Positions 1 to 10,034 are shown, counted from the first letter of the whole stretch. The stretch: 63,828 nucleotides of DNA, filler included, from 7 parts of 7 records of this genome joined end to end with filler, not necessarily neighbours in it, one strand, 5' to 3'. A program made the numbers and translations. Notes: generated by a model not told the origin, from the sequence alone.

Positions 1-145
1 TCCCTCTCCATTCATGGAGAGGGGCTGGGGCAATGTTGTTGACTTAAGGATTTTATAATCGATTTCGTCCTGTAATCATTAAGTATTTTCATGCTTTGAC
101 GTACTTGACAAGTTAAGCCAACAGCATTGGGGGGCTGGGGTGAGG
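1..145. repeat. REP-like palindromic element (CCCTCTCC...GGAGAGGGGCTGGGGTGAGG type), interrupted by an insertion
   Basis: Perfect inverted repeat CCCTCTCCAT (2-11) / ATGGAGAGGG (14-23), then GCTGGGG; the TGAGG tail resumes at 141-145 after the insert. Extragenic, downstream of the ABC permease stop. Confidence 0.6.
31..130. mobile_element. MITE-like non-autonomous element, probably IS4-family derived
   Basis: 17-bp terminal inverted repeats CAATGTTGTTGACTTAA (31-47) / TTAAGCCAACAGCATTG (113-129), 15/17 match; flanked by direct repeat GGGGCTGGGG (21-30 and 131-140); no coding capacity. Confidence 0.65.
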
Positions 146-194
146 TTGGATGAAGGTAAATCAATAATCACCGACTCCTTAAATATTTTGCCCA

Positions 195-986
195 TCAGGT
201 TCGAATACCGATTCCTTTCTTCAACAGGTGCAGCGTAATGGAAAAAAGGGCAACAGAGAAAAAAAGAAGCATCCCCACCCCTCCCCACACATTGATATCG
301 GCGATACCAAGAAATCCGTATCGAAATCCACCGATCATATAGATCACGGGATTGGCCATGGAAATGATTTGCCAAAAATCAGGCAAAAGGGAAATGGAAT
401 AGAACACCCCGCCAAGATAGGTGAGCGGCGTAATCACAAACGTGGGGATGATGGAGATATCATCAAAGTTTTTGGCAAAGATGCCGTTGATCATCCCGGC
501 TAATGAAAAGACAAAGCTGGTGAGAACGGCAAAGAGAAAAATATAAAATACGCTGAACATGGGGAGCCTGGTAAACAGAAGACTCACGATTGAGACCAGG
601 AACCCCACCGTCAGACCCCTTAGCATGCCGCCGGAGACATACCCCAGTACAATCACCCAGTTGGGTGTCGGGCTGACAAGAAGTTCCTCGATGTTTCCAT
701 GAAATTTTGTGCTGAAAAAACTCGACACCGTATTGGAATAGGAATTGGTGATGATGGCCATCATGATCAACCCCGGGGCGATGAAAGACATGTAGTCGTA
801 TCCCTTGATGGGATCGATCTTTGAGCCGATAAATCCTCCGAAGATAATGAAATAGAGGCTCATGGTTATTATGGGAGGCAGAAGAGTCTGCATCCAGATG
901 CGAAAAATGCGGATCATCTCTTTTCTTGAAATGCTGGCCAAAGCAATGAGTTTACTATTCATCGGGGTATTGGTATGATTAGTCAT
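195..986 (-). CDS. yadH: ABC-2 type transporter permease (YadH-like)
   Basis: KEMIRIFRIWMQTLLPP, YMSFIAPGLIMMAIITNSYSN, PLTYLGGVFYSI motifs; about six TM segments; start overlaps the ATPase stop. Confidence 0.9.
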   Translation of the reverse strand: MTNHTNTPMNSKLIALASISRKEMIRIFRIWMQTLLPPIITMSLYFIIFGGFIGSKIDPIKGYDYMSFIAPGLIMMAIITNSYSNTVSSFFSTKFHGNIEELLVSPTPNWVIVLGYVSGGMLRGLTVGFLVSIVSLLFTRLPMFSVFYIFLFAVLTSFVFSLAGMINGIFAKNFDDISIIPTFVITPLTYLGGVFYSISLLPDFWQIISMANPVIYMIGGFRYGFLGIADINVWGGVGMLLFFSVALFSITLHLLKKGIGIRT

Positions 987-1896
987 GATCCACCATCTCC
1001 AGATATAGTTCTTCCAGTCGATTGGTTTTGTGACGCATGCTTGTGACCAGGATTCCCTGCGTTGTTAAATGCGCCATAATCTCATTGAGGGTGTGAGATT
1101 TTTTCTTGACCACTCTCAAGGCGGTTTCATCCACCCGCTTGATTTCCATGTTTTCAAGCTGCGGGATGGCCATCGATGTCACCGCTGCTTTCGTCTCAAA
1201 TTCGAATGTCTCATTGTCCAGTTTATGGAGAAGCTCTCGTTTCGTGGTGTTTTCGATGATATTCCCTTTGTCGATGATGGCAATTCGATTACACAACTGT
1301 TCGGCTTCTTCAAGATAATGGGTGGTCAAAATGATGGTTCGACCGCTTTGGTTGAGTTCTTCCAGGAATTCCCACATGCCCCGCCGAAGCTCCACATCCA
1401 CTCCGGCCGTAGGTTCATCCAGAATCAACAGTTTAGGGTCGTGTACTAAACCCCGGGCAATCATGAGGCGTCGTTTCATGCCTCCGGAGAGTTGCCTGGC
1501 TGGGGCGTTTCGTTTATCCCAAAGCCCCAGTTTTTTGAGATATTTTTCCGATCGACCCAGGGCTACATTCCGGGGAATGCCGTAATAGCCTGCCTGTAGA
1601 GTGACAATGTCCTGAACTTTCTCAAATTGAGAAAAATTGAATTCCTGCGGCACCACCCCTACCAGTCGTTTTGCTGCGGGAAAATCGACATCGATGTCTA
1701 TCCCGAACACCCTGACGTTTCCCGATGATTTGGTGACAAGCGAGGTGATGATGCCGATGGTCGTTGTTTTTCCGGCACCGTTGGGGCCCAGCAATCCGAA
1801 AAAGTCGCCTTCCTGAACATCCAGAGAGATGCCTTTGAGGGCCTGAAATCCGCTGCCGTATGTTTTACATAAATTGTCCAATAATAATGCTGACAT
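979..1896 (-). CDS. yadG: ABC transporter ATP-binding protein (YadG-like)
   Basis: Walker A GPNGAGKT, signature LSGGMKRR, Walker B LILDEP, H-loop TTHYLEEAE. Confidence 0.9.
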   Translation of the reverse strand: MSALLLDNLCKTYGSGFQALKGISLDVQEGDFFGLLGPNGAGKTTTIGIITSLVTKSSGNVRVFGIDIDVDFPAAKRLVGVVPQEFNFSQFEKVQDIVTLQAGYYGIPRNVALGRSEKYLKKLGLWDKRNAPARQLSGGMKRRLMIARGLVHDPKLLILDEPTAGVDVELRRGMWEFLEELNQSGRTIILTTHYLEEAEQLCNRIAIIDKGNIIENTTKRELLHKLDNETFEFETKAAVTSMAIPQLENMEIKRVDETALRVVKKKSHTLNEIMAHLTTQGILVTSMRHKTNRLEELYLEMVDHD

Positions 1897-2078
1897 AGTT
1901 TCCTTGAATGAAACGTTTTGAAATTTTAATGCGTTTTCAAGTCTCAGTTCTCATTTTCAGTACGTATATCAAGATAACAGACTCGTTTTTTCATCATTTG
2001 AGATGGCGGAACCGTTGCCCGGTCCGTTGATATTCATTTTGTTGAAGCATCCACTTTTAAATATTGATCGCAAGACGC

Positions 2079-2107
2079 AAATTAATTCGCTCATCTTGTT
2101 GTGTCAA
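2079..2107 (-). promoter_or_regulatory. Putative sigma70 promoter for the ABC operon
   Basis: Minus strand TTGACA-N17-TAATTT. Confidence 0.4.
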
Positions 2108-2223
2108 GCCGTGAAAAGAATAAGTTGAGATCTTTAAAGTGCCATAATTATTTAAATAATACATTTTAAAAGCTTGCTTGACAAACTGATAGATTGAATC
2201 TTAAAAAGATTGTAGAAGGGAGG

Positions 2224-4557
2224 TCATGTCGCAGTGAGCGCCTGCTTGACCGCCTTGACTAACGCTCTCAATTCATAAGGCTTCTTCAAAAAGCCATGGG
2301 CGCCAAGGGCCAGTGTTTCAACGACATCGTCACTTTCGGAAAATCCGCTGACGATCAGCGCGCGCTGGTCCGGATGGCGCTTTACGATTCTTTCGTAGGT
2401 TTCCCGGCCATTGATCCCGGGATCCATGATCATGTCCAGTAAAAGCAGGTCAACCGGATTGTCTTGAACATATTCCACGGCGTCCTCTCCGGATGAGACG
2501 GCTACGGGATCATAGTTGTATTTTTTCAAAGAACTTGTCGCCAGATGCCTCAGGTGGGATTCGTCATCGATGATCAAGACGGTCTCACCGTTTCCCATTA
2601 AATCCATATCATCCTCTTTTTCCTCTTCAATCCGGTCGGCATCAGGACAAATCGTCGGAAAATAAAGAGAGACGGTGGTGCCCGAAGAGCTACTCTCCAC
2701 CAGGGCCGTACCGTTATGATCCTGCATGGTATTCCAGACAACGGCCAGACCAAGGCCGGTGCCGCTCCTTCCCATCACTTTTTTGGTATAGAAGGGCTCG
2801 AAAATGTGCTCGAGATCTTCGGCTGAGATGCCGCCGCCGGTGTCCGTTATATCAAGAACGACGTATTGTCCGGGGGCAAGTCCGTTCTTAAGAGCAAATT
2901 CCCCATCCACGGTCCGGTTGGTTGTGGAGAGGAAAATTTCCCCATCGCCTTCCATGGCTTCAAGCGCGTTGGTCATTAAGTTCATGATGCATTTTTTTAT
3001 GTGGACCGGAGAGCAGGATATGGTAGATACGGCTGCGTCAAATTTCGTTCGATAGGGAACGTGGGTTTTCTCTGCAAAAGCGGTTTGACATTCAGGTGAT
3101 TCAAGATACTCTTCCACAAGATGACTGAGATCCGCAGCTGATTTCGTATTGGCAACACCGCGAGCAACAGTGAGAAGATCGGCAACGACTGCGGTCGCTC
3201 TTTTACCCGAGTCATGGATGGCAAGGACCGGTTTTCGAAGAGGGCTATCTTCCGGAATGTCCATCAATAAAAGTTCCGGAAATCCAACAATACCGGATAA
3301 TATATTGTTCAGATCATGGGCGACTCCACCGGCTAAAAGACCGATGGCCTCCATCTTTTTGGATTGTTCCAATCGTTTTTCACTCTCAACCAGCGCCAAT
3401 GTACGCTCTTCCACCTCTTTTTCCAACCCGCCTACCAGCGTTTTGATACGAATGGCCATCACGTTGAATGTTCTACCCAACTCACCCAGTTCATCCGGTG
3501 TTCCTTCTTTGGCAATCACATCGAGATGTCCTTTTCTGAGGGCTTTTGCACAGTGAGTTAAATCGAGGATTCTCCGGGTAATACCGACATTGATGAATTT
3601 TGAAATGATCGCCAATACCAAAAAACCTAAAAAAGTGATAATAAACAATATAATTTTGCTGATGCGATGAATCCCGTCAATTTTTTCCTGGGCTTGGATG
3701 ACCTCATTATCGGCAAGGTGAATCAGCGACATGGATACGGTCTTGACCGCCTCATTCTGAAGGGCAAAATCTTTGAAGTTCCCTTCAATTCGCGTGTAGA
3801 TATCCTGAACTCTTTTAGAGAGCAGCTTCCATTCATCCAACAGCGTTTCCAAATATTGTTTTTCATTATCATCCAGCAGGACGGAATTTTTCATGGCCTG
3901 TCGAAGTTCAAACCCCTCATTGAATGCCGATTGCAGTAAAAATCGTTTCCTTGTTAATCGATGTCTAAGCGTTTTGTGCTCAATTTCGTTGAGTATACCG
4001 AAGAGCCGTCGTTTGCCTTTCAATGTATTGTTCATTTTTTTCATGAGCGCATCTACCCGGTTTTCCAGTCCATGATCCGGGGCGGTTAACCGAGGCGCCA
4101 GTTCAAACGACTCGATGGAAGTATCGGCAAATCGTTTGGCAGAAGAAAAATAGAGGTTGAGATCGGCACTGTTTTTTCTAAGGGGCGAATTGACGGGGAG
4201 TTTGAATATTTTACGCTTCAATTCTTCACTAATGGAAACGACCCGGGCAATTTCACGGATGGATGGTTGCGCATATTTCACATGAGCTGTTTTTTGATCC
4301 AGTTGGGAATGGTAGAGAAAAAAGCCGCCGTGGAGACGTCTGGCTTTCTCCATGCCTCGATCCATTTCGAGAATTAATCGACGAATCTCGGTGATCTTTT
4401 TGATGGCGTGGTCGGCAGACCGAACCCGCATCAATGAAAAATATCCTGTCCCTGATGCAATGAGTATGAAAAGCGCTAATAAACTCCCGCCGACGGCAAA
4501 CTTGACTTTGATAGACATCCATCTCCATCCGGATTTTTCTGATTTCCGTAGATTCAT
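2224..4557 (-). CDS. Membrane-bound hybrid sensor histidine kinase (periplasmic helical domain, HAMP, HisKA, HATPase, REC)
   Basis: Two TM segments, HAMP DELGELGRTFN, H-box GVAHDLNN, N-box NLMTNALEAM, DTGGG, FEPFYTKK, GTGLGL, C-terminal receiver LLLDMIM...KP. Confidence 0.93.
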   Translation of the reverse strand: MNLRKSEKSGWRWMSIKVKFAVGGSLLALFILIASGTGYFSLMRVRSADHAIKKITEIRRLILEMDRGMEKARRLHGGFFLYHSQLDQKTAHVKYAQPSIREIARVVSISEELKRKIFKLPVNSPLRKNSADLNLYFSSAKRFADTSIESFELAPRLTAPDHGLENRVDALMKKMNNTLKGKRRLFGILNEIEHKTLRHRLTRKRFLLQSAFNEGFELRQAMKNSVLLDDNEKQYLETLLDEWKLLSKRVQDIYTRIEGNFKDFALQNEAVKTVSMSLIHLADNEVIQAQEKIDGIHRISKIILFIITFLGFLVLAIISKFINVGITRRILDLTHCAKALRKGHLDVIAKEGTPDELGELGRTFNVMAIRIKTLVGGLEKEVEERTLALVESEKRLEQSKKMEAIGLLAGGVAHDLNNILSGIVGFPELLLMDIPEDSPLRKPVLAIHDSGKRATAVVADLLTVARGVANTKSAADLSHLVEEYLESPECQTAFAEKTHVPYRTKFDAAVSTISCSPVHIKKCIMNLMTNALEAMEGDGEIFLSTTNRTVDGEFALKNGLAPGQYVVLDITDTGGGISAEDLEHIFEPFYTKKVMGRSGTGLGLAVVWNTMQDHNGTALVESSSSGTTVSLYFPTICPDADRIEEEKEDDMDLMGNGETVLIIDDESHLRHLATSSLKKYNYDPVAVSSGEDAVEYVQDNPVDLLLLDMIMDPGINGRETYERIVKRHPDQRALIVSGFSESDDVVETLALGAHGFLKKPYELRALVKAVKQALTAT

Positions 4558-4599
4558 TTTATCTACCCATCATTTCGATTGGATTGATTGCCAAAAGCG

Positions 4600-5937
4600 T
4601 TAATCGGTTTTTGCTTCCGGAGAATAGACATACATGACGTTGGACTGTAATCCGGTTATTCCTGCATCCGGATCATCCAAACGAAGAACATTGAAAACCG
4701 GAAAGGCGCAATCTCCAAATTGGTCGCATTTCAGCGGACCGCTGATTCCGTCGGGGTTTTCGGCGATGTAGAGGGCATCCCGGAGGGATTGACGTCCGAT
4801 GTGGAGTGTGTTGTTTTGTCGCTCTTGTATTGCGATGTCCTCAATGGCTGAAAAGAGCAACTCTGCAGAATCATACCCGTTGAGATAATAGGTGGTGGCA
4901 GGGGCGGTGTTGAATTTATCTTTGTATGCCTCAGCCAATCGGTCGATTGCTGGGGCGTTTTCCGGCGGTTTGGGGCCAATGAAATACATCCCGATGCCGC
5001 TTTCCCCGACCGCTTCGATAAAAGAGGCGTCGATGAGGGCACCGTCACTCATCAACACCAATGAGTCAGCCGACGGCATGGCTCCGGCTTGAAACAGAAT
5101 TTCATTGCCTTCAGGTTGAAACAGTGGAAAAAATAGAAGCTCGGCCTTGGCGTTCAAAACGGCCGTCAGCACCGGCTCCATCTCATTTTCCCCCTTGTCG
5201 ACGGATGTATCGAGAACTATGGTCCCCCCCAGTTGTTCAAACATTGAGATGAATCCATCGGTCAATCCTTTGGTGTAAATATCTCCATCGTTGATGGTGG
5301 CGGCTTTGTGGATCCCCAGAGAATTGAAGGCGTAAGTTGCGGCAGCCTTGCCGGAGTGCTCTTCATTGGAGGCTGTTCGAAAATAGCCGTTTTGCCAATG
5401 GGGGGCCTTTTTACCGGCTATGGAGGTAAGAAACGGGGCGCTGTTGTTTCCGGAAATCATGGTGAGACCGGCATCGGACATCACTTGAGATGCGCCGGCG
5501 GCAGCTGTGGAACAGGTGGTGCCCAGAATGGCGAGATATTGGGGATCGGCAATGATTTTCAATGCGGCATTGGCACCGCCTTCGGATGAACAGTGAGTAT
5601 CTTCGATTGTCAGCGACACCGGATGGCCCAAAATGGCCCCTTCCCGATCTTCCAAAGCCAATTGAATCCCCCTGATTTGCTCATTGCCAAGAGAGGCAAC
5701 CCTTCCTGAAAGTGCCTGAAGTACGCCGATTTTTATGGGATCGTCGGGGTGAATGGTGATGCACTCGATGGCGTCATGGCATTGGAATTTCGATTGAGTA
5801 GGCGATTGGCACGAATGGGTACTGATTGCCAAAATGACAAAGAGTGATAGGATGGAGACGGAGGATGTGGAAAATATTGCTTTTGGTTTGAAAATTGGGG
5901 ACATGCCGGTCTCCGTTTTCTGTTTTTGGAATGTCAT
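4600..5937 (-). CDS. Branched-chain amino acid-type (LivJ/LivK family) periplasmic binding protein
   Basis: Signal/lipoprotein-like N-terminus; IKIGVLQALSG, EDTHCS, ILGTTCS, YFRT, YLNGYDS and terminal GISGPLKCDQFGD match the type 1 binding-protein fold. Confidence 0.85.
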   Translation of the reverse strand: MTFQKQKTETGMSPIFKPKAIFSTSSVSILSLFVILAISTHSCQSPTQSKFQCHDAIECITIHPDDPIKIGVLQALSGRVASLGNEQIRGIQLALEDREGAILGHPVSLTIEDTHCSSEGGANAALKIIADPQYLAILGTTCSTAAAGASQVMSDAGLTMISGNNSAPFLTSIAGKKAPHWQNGYFRTASNEEHSGKAAATYAFNSLGIHKAATINDGDIYTKGLTDGFISMFEQLGGTIVLDTSVDKGENEMEPVLTAVLNAKAELLFFPLFQPEGNEILFQAGAMPSADSLVLMSDGALIDASFIEAVGESGIGMYFIGPKPPENAPAIDRLAEAYKDKFNTAPATTYYLNGYDSAELLFSAIEDIAIQERQNNTLHIGRQSLRDALYIAENPDGISGPLKCDQFGDCAFPVFNVLRLDDPDAGITGLQSNVMYVYSPEAKTD

Positions 5938-5940
5938 ATT

Positions 5941-6063
5941 TTTATTGGAAAGTCTCCGTAAGATGCTGACATGTAGGGATTTTCATTCTCAGTTGCGAGA
6001 CGTCAGCAATCATGGAGGTTTATTGGAAAGTCTTCATAACATACTGTAATAAAAAATTTTCAT
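5941..6063. repeat. Imperfect direct repeat upstream of the binding-protein gene
   Basis: TTTATTGGAAAGTCTCCGTAAGATGCTG (5941-5968) vs TTTATTGGAAAGTCTTCATAACATACTG (6019-6046), 24/28; both copies followed by ATTTTCAT (5979, 6056). Confidence 0.7.
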
Positions 6064-6084
6064 GCATCGTTGTGATGCGCCGGT

Positions 6085-6184
6085 NNNNNNNNNNNNNNNN
6101 NNNNNNNNNNNNNNNNNNNNNNNNNNNNTTAATTAATTAANNNNNNNNNNNNNNNNNNNNNNNNNNNNNNNNNNNNNNNNNNNN
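6085..6184. other. Artificial contig linker
   Basis: N-run, TTAATTAATTAA (stops in all six frames), N-run; composition changes across it. Confidence 0.98.
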
Positions 6185-6603
6185 GGTGCAAATACATTAT
6201 AACTGGCGGAGAAGAAAAAGCTGTAGATATGGTGACTAAATTTGCTGATATGCTTGGAGCTGGCAAAATTGTTAATGCAAAGAGTGAAGAACACGACGAG
6301 CTTATCGCATACACAAGCCAATTACCTCATGTGCTTTCTGTAGCTTACATGCTTTGTGCAAGGCAGAGAAACGTCGGTGATTTTTCTGCTGGAAGCTTTA
6401 GGGATATTACCAGAGTTTCTATGATAAATGATGAGATGTGGAGCGAGCTTTTTTTGGAAAACCAAGATAAACTTTCGCATGAAATAGATGATTTAATTGT
6501 CAGCTTAAGCAAGCTAAAATCATTTATTGATGAATCCAACAGAGAAAGCTTACGAAGTGATATGAGATGTGCAAGCGATATGAGGAAAAGTATAGATTTA
6601 TAG
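6185..6603 (+). CDS. tyrA: Prephenate dehydrogenase, C-terminal part (5' truncated)
   Basis: EEHDELIAYTSQLPHV, AGSFRDITRV, MWSELFLEN; frame open to the contig edge. Confidence 0.88.
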
Positions 6604-6629
6604 AATCGAAAAAGGGGTGGTTTGAGTTT

Positions 6630-7679
6630 ATGAGAACTATAGATTTAAAAGATAGCAAAATTATTATCGGCAATAGTTTATTTGAAGAAGCGGCTGATGA
6701 TATTTCTAAGAGCTATCCTGATGCAAAGGTGCTTATTATAACTGATAATACCGTTAGAGATTTGTATCTTGAAAAATTAACAACACAACTGGATAAACAA
6801 GAAATAACAAATATTTCACTTAGCTTTGATGATGGTGAAAAAACAAAGTGCTTTGACAGCGTAAGTACAATATGCAGTTTCGCATCGGACAACAACCTAA
6901 ACAGAGGAGATATTATACTTGCTCTTGGCGGTGGTGTAATAGGTGATTTAGCAGGCTTTGCTGCAGCAGTATTTTTACGCGGTATCAATTTTTTATCTAT
7001 CCCAACAACTTTGCTTTCTCAAGTTGACAGCAGTGTTGGAGGAAAAACTGGAATAAATATTGCTCAAGGCAAAAACTTAGTTGGAAGCTTTTATAAAGCG
7101 AAAAAAGTTTATATAGATACAGAAACGCTTAGTACTTTGGATGATAACCAGTTTAAATGCGGTATGGCAGAGGTTATAAAGTATGGATTTATATATGATT
7201 ACGAATTCTATGAGTTTTTATCTGATCTAAAGACAAGTGAAGATGTTTTTGACAATATAGAAAAAATAGTTTACACGTGCTGCAAAATAAAGGCGGATGT
7301 GGTTACCCATGATGAGTTTGATAAGGGACTTAGAATGATATTAAACTATGGCCATACAATAGGTCATGCTATTGAAAACATGTATGGTTACGGTGAATAT
7401 ACTCATGGTCAAGCCATAGCAGTTGGTATGGCTATGATCACTAAAAAATCTGAAGAAATGGGACTTTCTAAAAAAGGAACTCATGCTAAGGTTATAGATT
7501 TAATTGAACAATTTGGTCTTAAAACATCTATACCCGGTTTGGATAAGCAAAAAGTGTTTAAAGCAACACAAAAAGATAAAAAGAACATAGCAAAAACTAT
7601 GAACTTGATTCTACTAGAAGACATTGGAAAGTCATTTATTCATAAGATAAACCCAAATGATATGGTGAAGTTTATATGA
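6630..7679 (+). CDS. aroB: 3-dehydroquinate synthase
   Basis: GEKTK, LGGGVIGDLAGF, PTTLLSQVDSSVGGKTG, LNYGHTIGHAIE, HGQA; start placed at ATG 6630 behind GGGGTGG. Confidence 0.95.
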   Translation: MRTIDLKDSKIIIGNSLFEEAADDISKSYPDAKVLIITDNTVRDLYLEKLTTQLDKQEITNISLSFDDGEKTKCFDSVSTICSFASDNNLNRGDIILALGGGVIGDLAGFAAAVFLRGINFLSIPTTLLSQVDSSVGGKTGINIAQGKNLVGSFYKAKKVYIDTETLSTLDDNQFKCGMAEVIKYGFIYDYEFYEFLSDLKTSEDVFDNIEKIVYTCCKIKADVVTHDEFDKGLRMILNYGHTIGHAIENMYGYGEYTHGQAIAVGMAMITKKSEEMGLSKKGTHAKVIDLIEQFGLKTSIPGLDKQKVFKATQKDKKNIAKTMNLILLEDIGKSFIHKINPNDMVKFI

Positions 7680-8923
7680 GTATAATCATTACCCCTACAA
7701 AACTCAATGGTGTTGTTAATATCCCACCATCAAAAAGCATGGCTCATAGGCTTCTTATCTGCGCTGGGCTTTCTGATGGAAAAAGTATCATATCGAACCT
7801 TTCTATGTCACAAGACATAAAAGCTACTATCGGCGCTTTTTCTCAGCTAGGAAAAAACATGCAAGTTGTAGACGATAAATGCATAGTCGAGGGAGAATTT
7901 TCTAACAATAACCCAACCATCGATTGCCACGAATCTGGTTCGACGCTTAGATTTTTGATTCCAATTGTCAGCGCACTTGGTGGAGCAACGCTCACAGGCA
8001 AAGAAGATTTGGGTAACAGACCAATATCTGTATATGAAGACCTATTTAAAAAGCAAGGGCTTACTATAAAGCAAGGTTTTCCGATGCTTGTTCCTAAAGG
8101 ACTGAAGTCGAATGAATTTATAGTTAGAGGCGATATAAGTTCTCAGTTTATATCTGGTCTTATGCTTGCCGCTCCTTTAATGGATGAAGATGTTAAAATC
8201 ACTATAAGTACAAAGCTAGAAAGCAAGGCATATGTTGATATGACTATTTTGGCTATGGAGTACTTTGGTGTTAAAGTAGAATCCATTCAGCCATATTCAC
8301 AATACTTAATTAAAAAAGGTCAAAAATATCAATCTCACGATATCTATTGCGAAGGCGATTGGTCACAAAGTGCTATTTGGATACTTGCTGGATTAAACAG
8401 CGAAAAGCAAATTGAAATCACTGGGTTAGATATGAATTCTTCTCAGGGTGATAAGGTAATAATTGATATAGCAAAAAAAATGAATGCAAATATCACTATA
8501 GATAACAATAAAATAACTGTAAAACCTTCAAACCTTTCTCCGTGCGATATTGATATATCCCAATGCCCAGACTTAGCCCCCGCTGTTGCGGTTATGATGT
8601 CACTTACAAACAAAAAATGCACCATAGTAGGTTGTGCTAGATTAAGGGTAAAGGAATCTGATAGAATAAAATCTATAATAGATACTATAAACTCATGCGG
8701 TGGATATGCGAAGTGTGTAGATGACACTATTATAATAGAAAGAAAACCTATTGGCGGTAACGTAGATAGCCATAACGACCACAGGATTGCAATGATGGGA
8801 GCTGGACTTTCTTGCCACGCTCAAAAAGAAATAACTATAAATGATGAAACTGTTGTTAAAAAGTCTTACCCCGACTTTTGGCAACACTTTGAACAACTAG
8901 GAGGTAAGTATGTCAAGCTTTAA
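7676..8923 (+). CDS. aroA: EPSP synthase (3-phosphoshikimate 1-carboxyvinyltransferase)
   Basis: PPSKSMAHR, ESGSTLRF, SSQFISGL, KESDR, DHRIAM, KSYPDFW. Confidence 0.95.
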   Translation: MSIIITPTKLNGVVNIPPSKSMAHRLLICAGLSDGKSIISNLSMSQDIKATIGAFSQLGKNMQVVDDKCIVEGEFSNNNPTIDCHESGSTLRFLIPIVSALGGATLTGKEDLGNRPISVYEDLFKKQGLTIKQGFPMLVPKGLKSNEFIVRGDISSQFISGLMLAAPLMDEDVKITISTKLESKAYVDMTILAMEYFGVKVESIQPYSQYLIKKGQKYQSHDIYCEGDWSQSAIWILAGLNSEKQIEITGLDMNSSQGDKVIIDIAKKMNANITIDNNKITVKPSNLSPCDIDISQCPDLAPAVAVMMSLTNKKCTIVGCARLRVKESDRIKSIIDTINSCGGYAKCVDDTIIIERKPIGGNVDSHNDHRIAMMGAGLSCHAQKEITINDETVVKKSYPDFWQHFEQLGGKYVKL

Positions 8924-9983
8924 TGGAAATATCTGTTTCAGTATTTTTGGGGAATCCCATGGTAAAGGTATAGGTATAACGATAGAAAATTTACCTAGCG
9001 GAATAAAGTTGGATATGGATGCTATTAAAAGAGATATGTTGCGTCGTGCTCCAACCAAAAATAATTGGTCTACCAAAAGGAATGAAACTGATGAAGTGGA
9101 TATTCTATCTGGCGTTTTAGATAGTGTAACAACTGGCGCTCCTCTTTGTGCTATGATACAAAATAGTGATACTAAAAGCAAAGATTACGGCAAACTAAAG
9201 GATATACCAAGGCCAGGTCATGCAGATTATTCTGCTTTTATAAAATATGCAGGACACCACGACTATAAAGGTGGCGGTCATTTTTCTGCAAGGTTAACCG
9301 CACCAATCGTTTTTGCTGGTGCAATTGCAAGGCAAATCCTTAGCCATAAAGGTATAGAAGTTTTTGCTCATATTTCAAATATTGGCGGAGTAAGTGATCA
9401 GCATTATGATCCCGTTAATCCTCAAAAACAGGATGTTGATCAAAAGGTTTTTCCTGTTATAGACGATAATTTCGGCAAGGAGATGCAAGAGATTATTTTA
9501 GATGCTAGCAAAAACAAGAATTCCGTTGGAGGTAGCGTTGAGTGTGCAATATGCGGACTCCCTGCTGGGCTAGGCGGACCGTTGTTTTCTGGGTTAGAAG
9601 GAAAACTATCTAGTGCAATGTTTGCTATACCTGCTGTTAAGGCAGTTGAGTTTGGAGCAGGAAAAGAATATGAAAGGATGCTTGGTAGTGAATCGAACGA
9701 CGCGTTTGAATATGTAGATGGCAAGGTTAAGACAATAACTAATAATTGTGCTGGTATTTTGGGTGGCATATCAAACGGTATGCCTATCATATTAAAAACA
9801 ACATTTAAGCCAACTCCATCCATAGCAAGTATGCAAAAAACAGTAAACTTAAAAACTAAAGAATCTTGCAATTTAGAAATTGTAGGACGTCATGATGCCT
9901 GCATTGTTCCTCGTGCTGTTTCTGTAGTGGAGGCTATGTGTCTTTTGATGGTTTTAGATGAAATGATCAATATAAATGTTTAA
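8910..9983 (+). CDS. aroC: Chorismate synthase
   Basis: FGESHG, RPGHAD, GGGHFSARLT, GILGGISNG, KPTPSI, GRHDAC. Confidence 0.96.
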   Translation: MSSFNGNICFSIFGESHGKGIGITIENLPSGIKLDMDAIKRDMLRRAPTKNNWSTKRNETDEVDILSGVLDSVTTGAPLCAMIQNSDTKSKDYGKLKDIPRPGHADYSAFIKYAGHHDYKGGGHFSARLTAPIVFAGAIARQILSHKGIEVFAHISNIGGVSDQHYDPVNPQKQDVDQKVFPVIDDNFGKEMQEIILDASKNKNSVGGSVECAICGLPAGLGGPLFSGLEGKLSSAMFAIPAVKAVEFGAGKEYERMLGSESNDAFEYVDGKVKTITNNCAGILGGISNGMPIILKTTFKPTPSIASMQKTVNLKTKESCNLEIVGRHDACIVPRAVSVVEAMCLLMVLDEMININV

Positions 9984-10034
9984 TTAAGATTAAAAATTAT
10001 AATAATTAGTTACTAAAGAAAGGATTACGAAAGA

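Noticed and set aside
6129-6140. TTAATTAATTAA palindrome recurring six times
   Set aside because: Always centred in N-runs; a synthetic six-frame-stop linker.
7997-8023. AroA reads GKEDLGNRP where GxGRLxxRP is expected
   Set aside because: Could be two compensating indels or ordinary divergence; cannot be resolved without reads.
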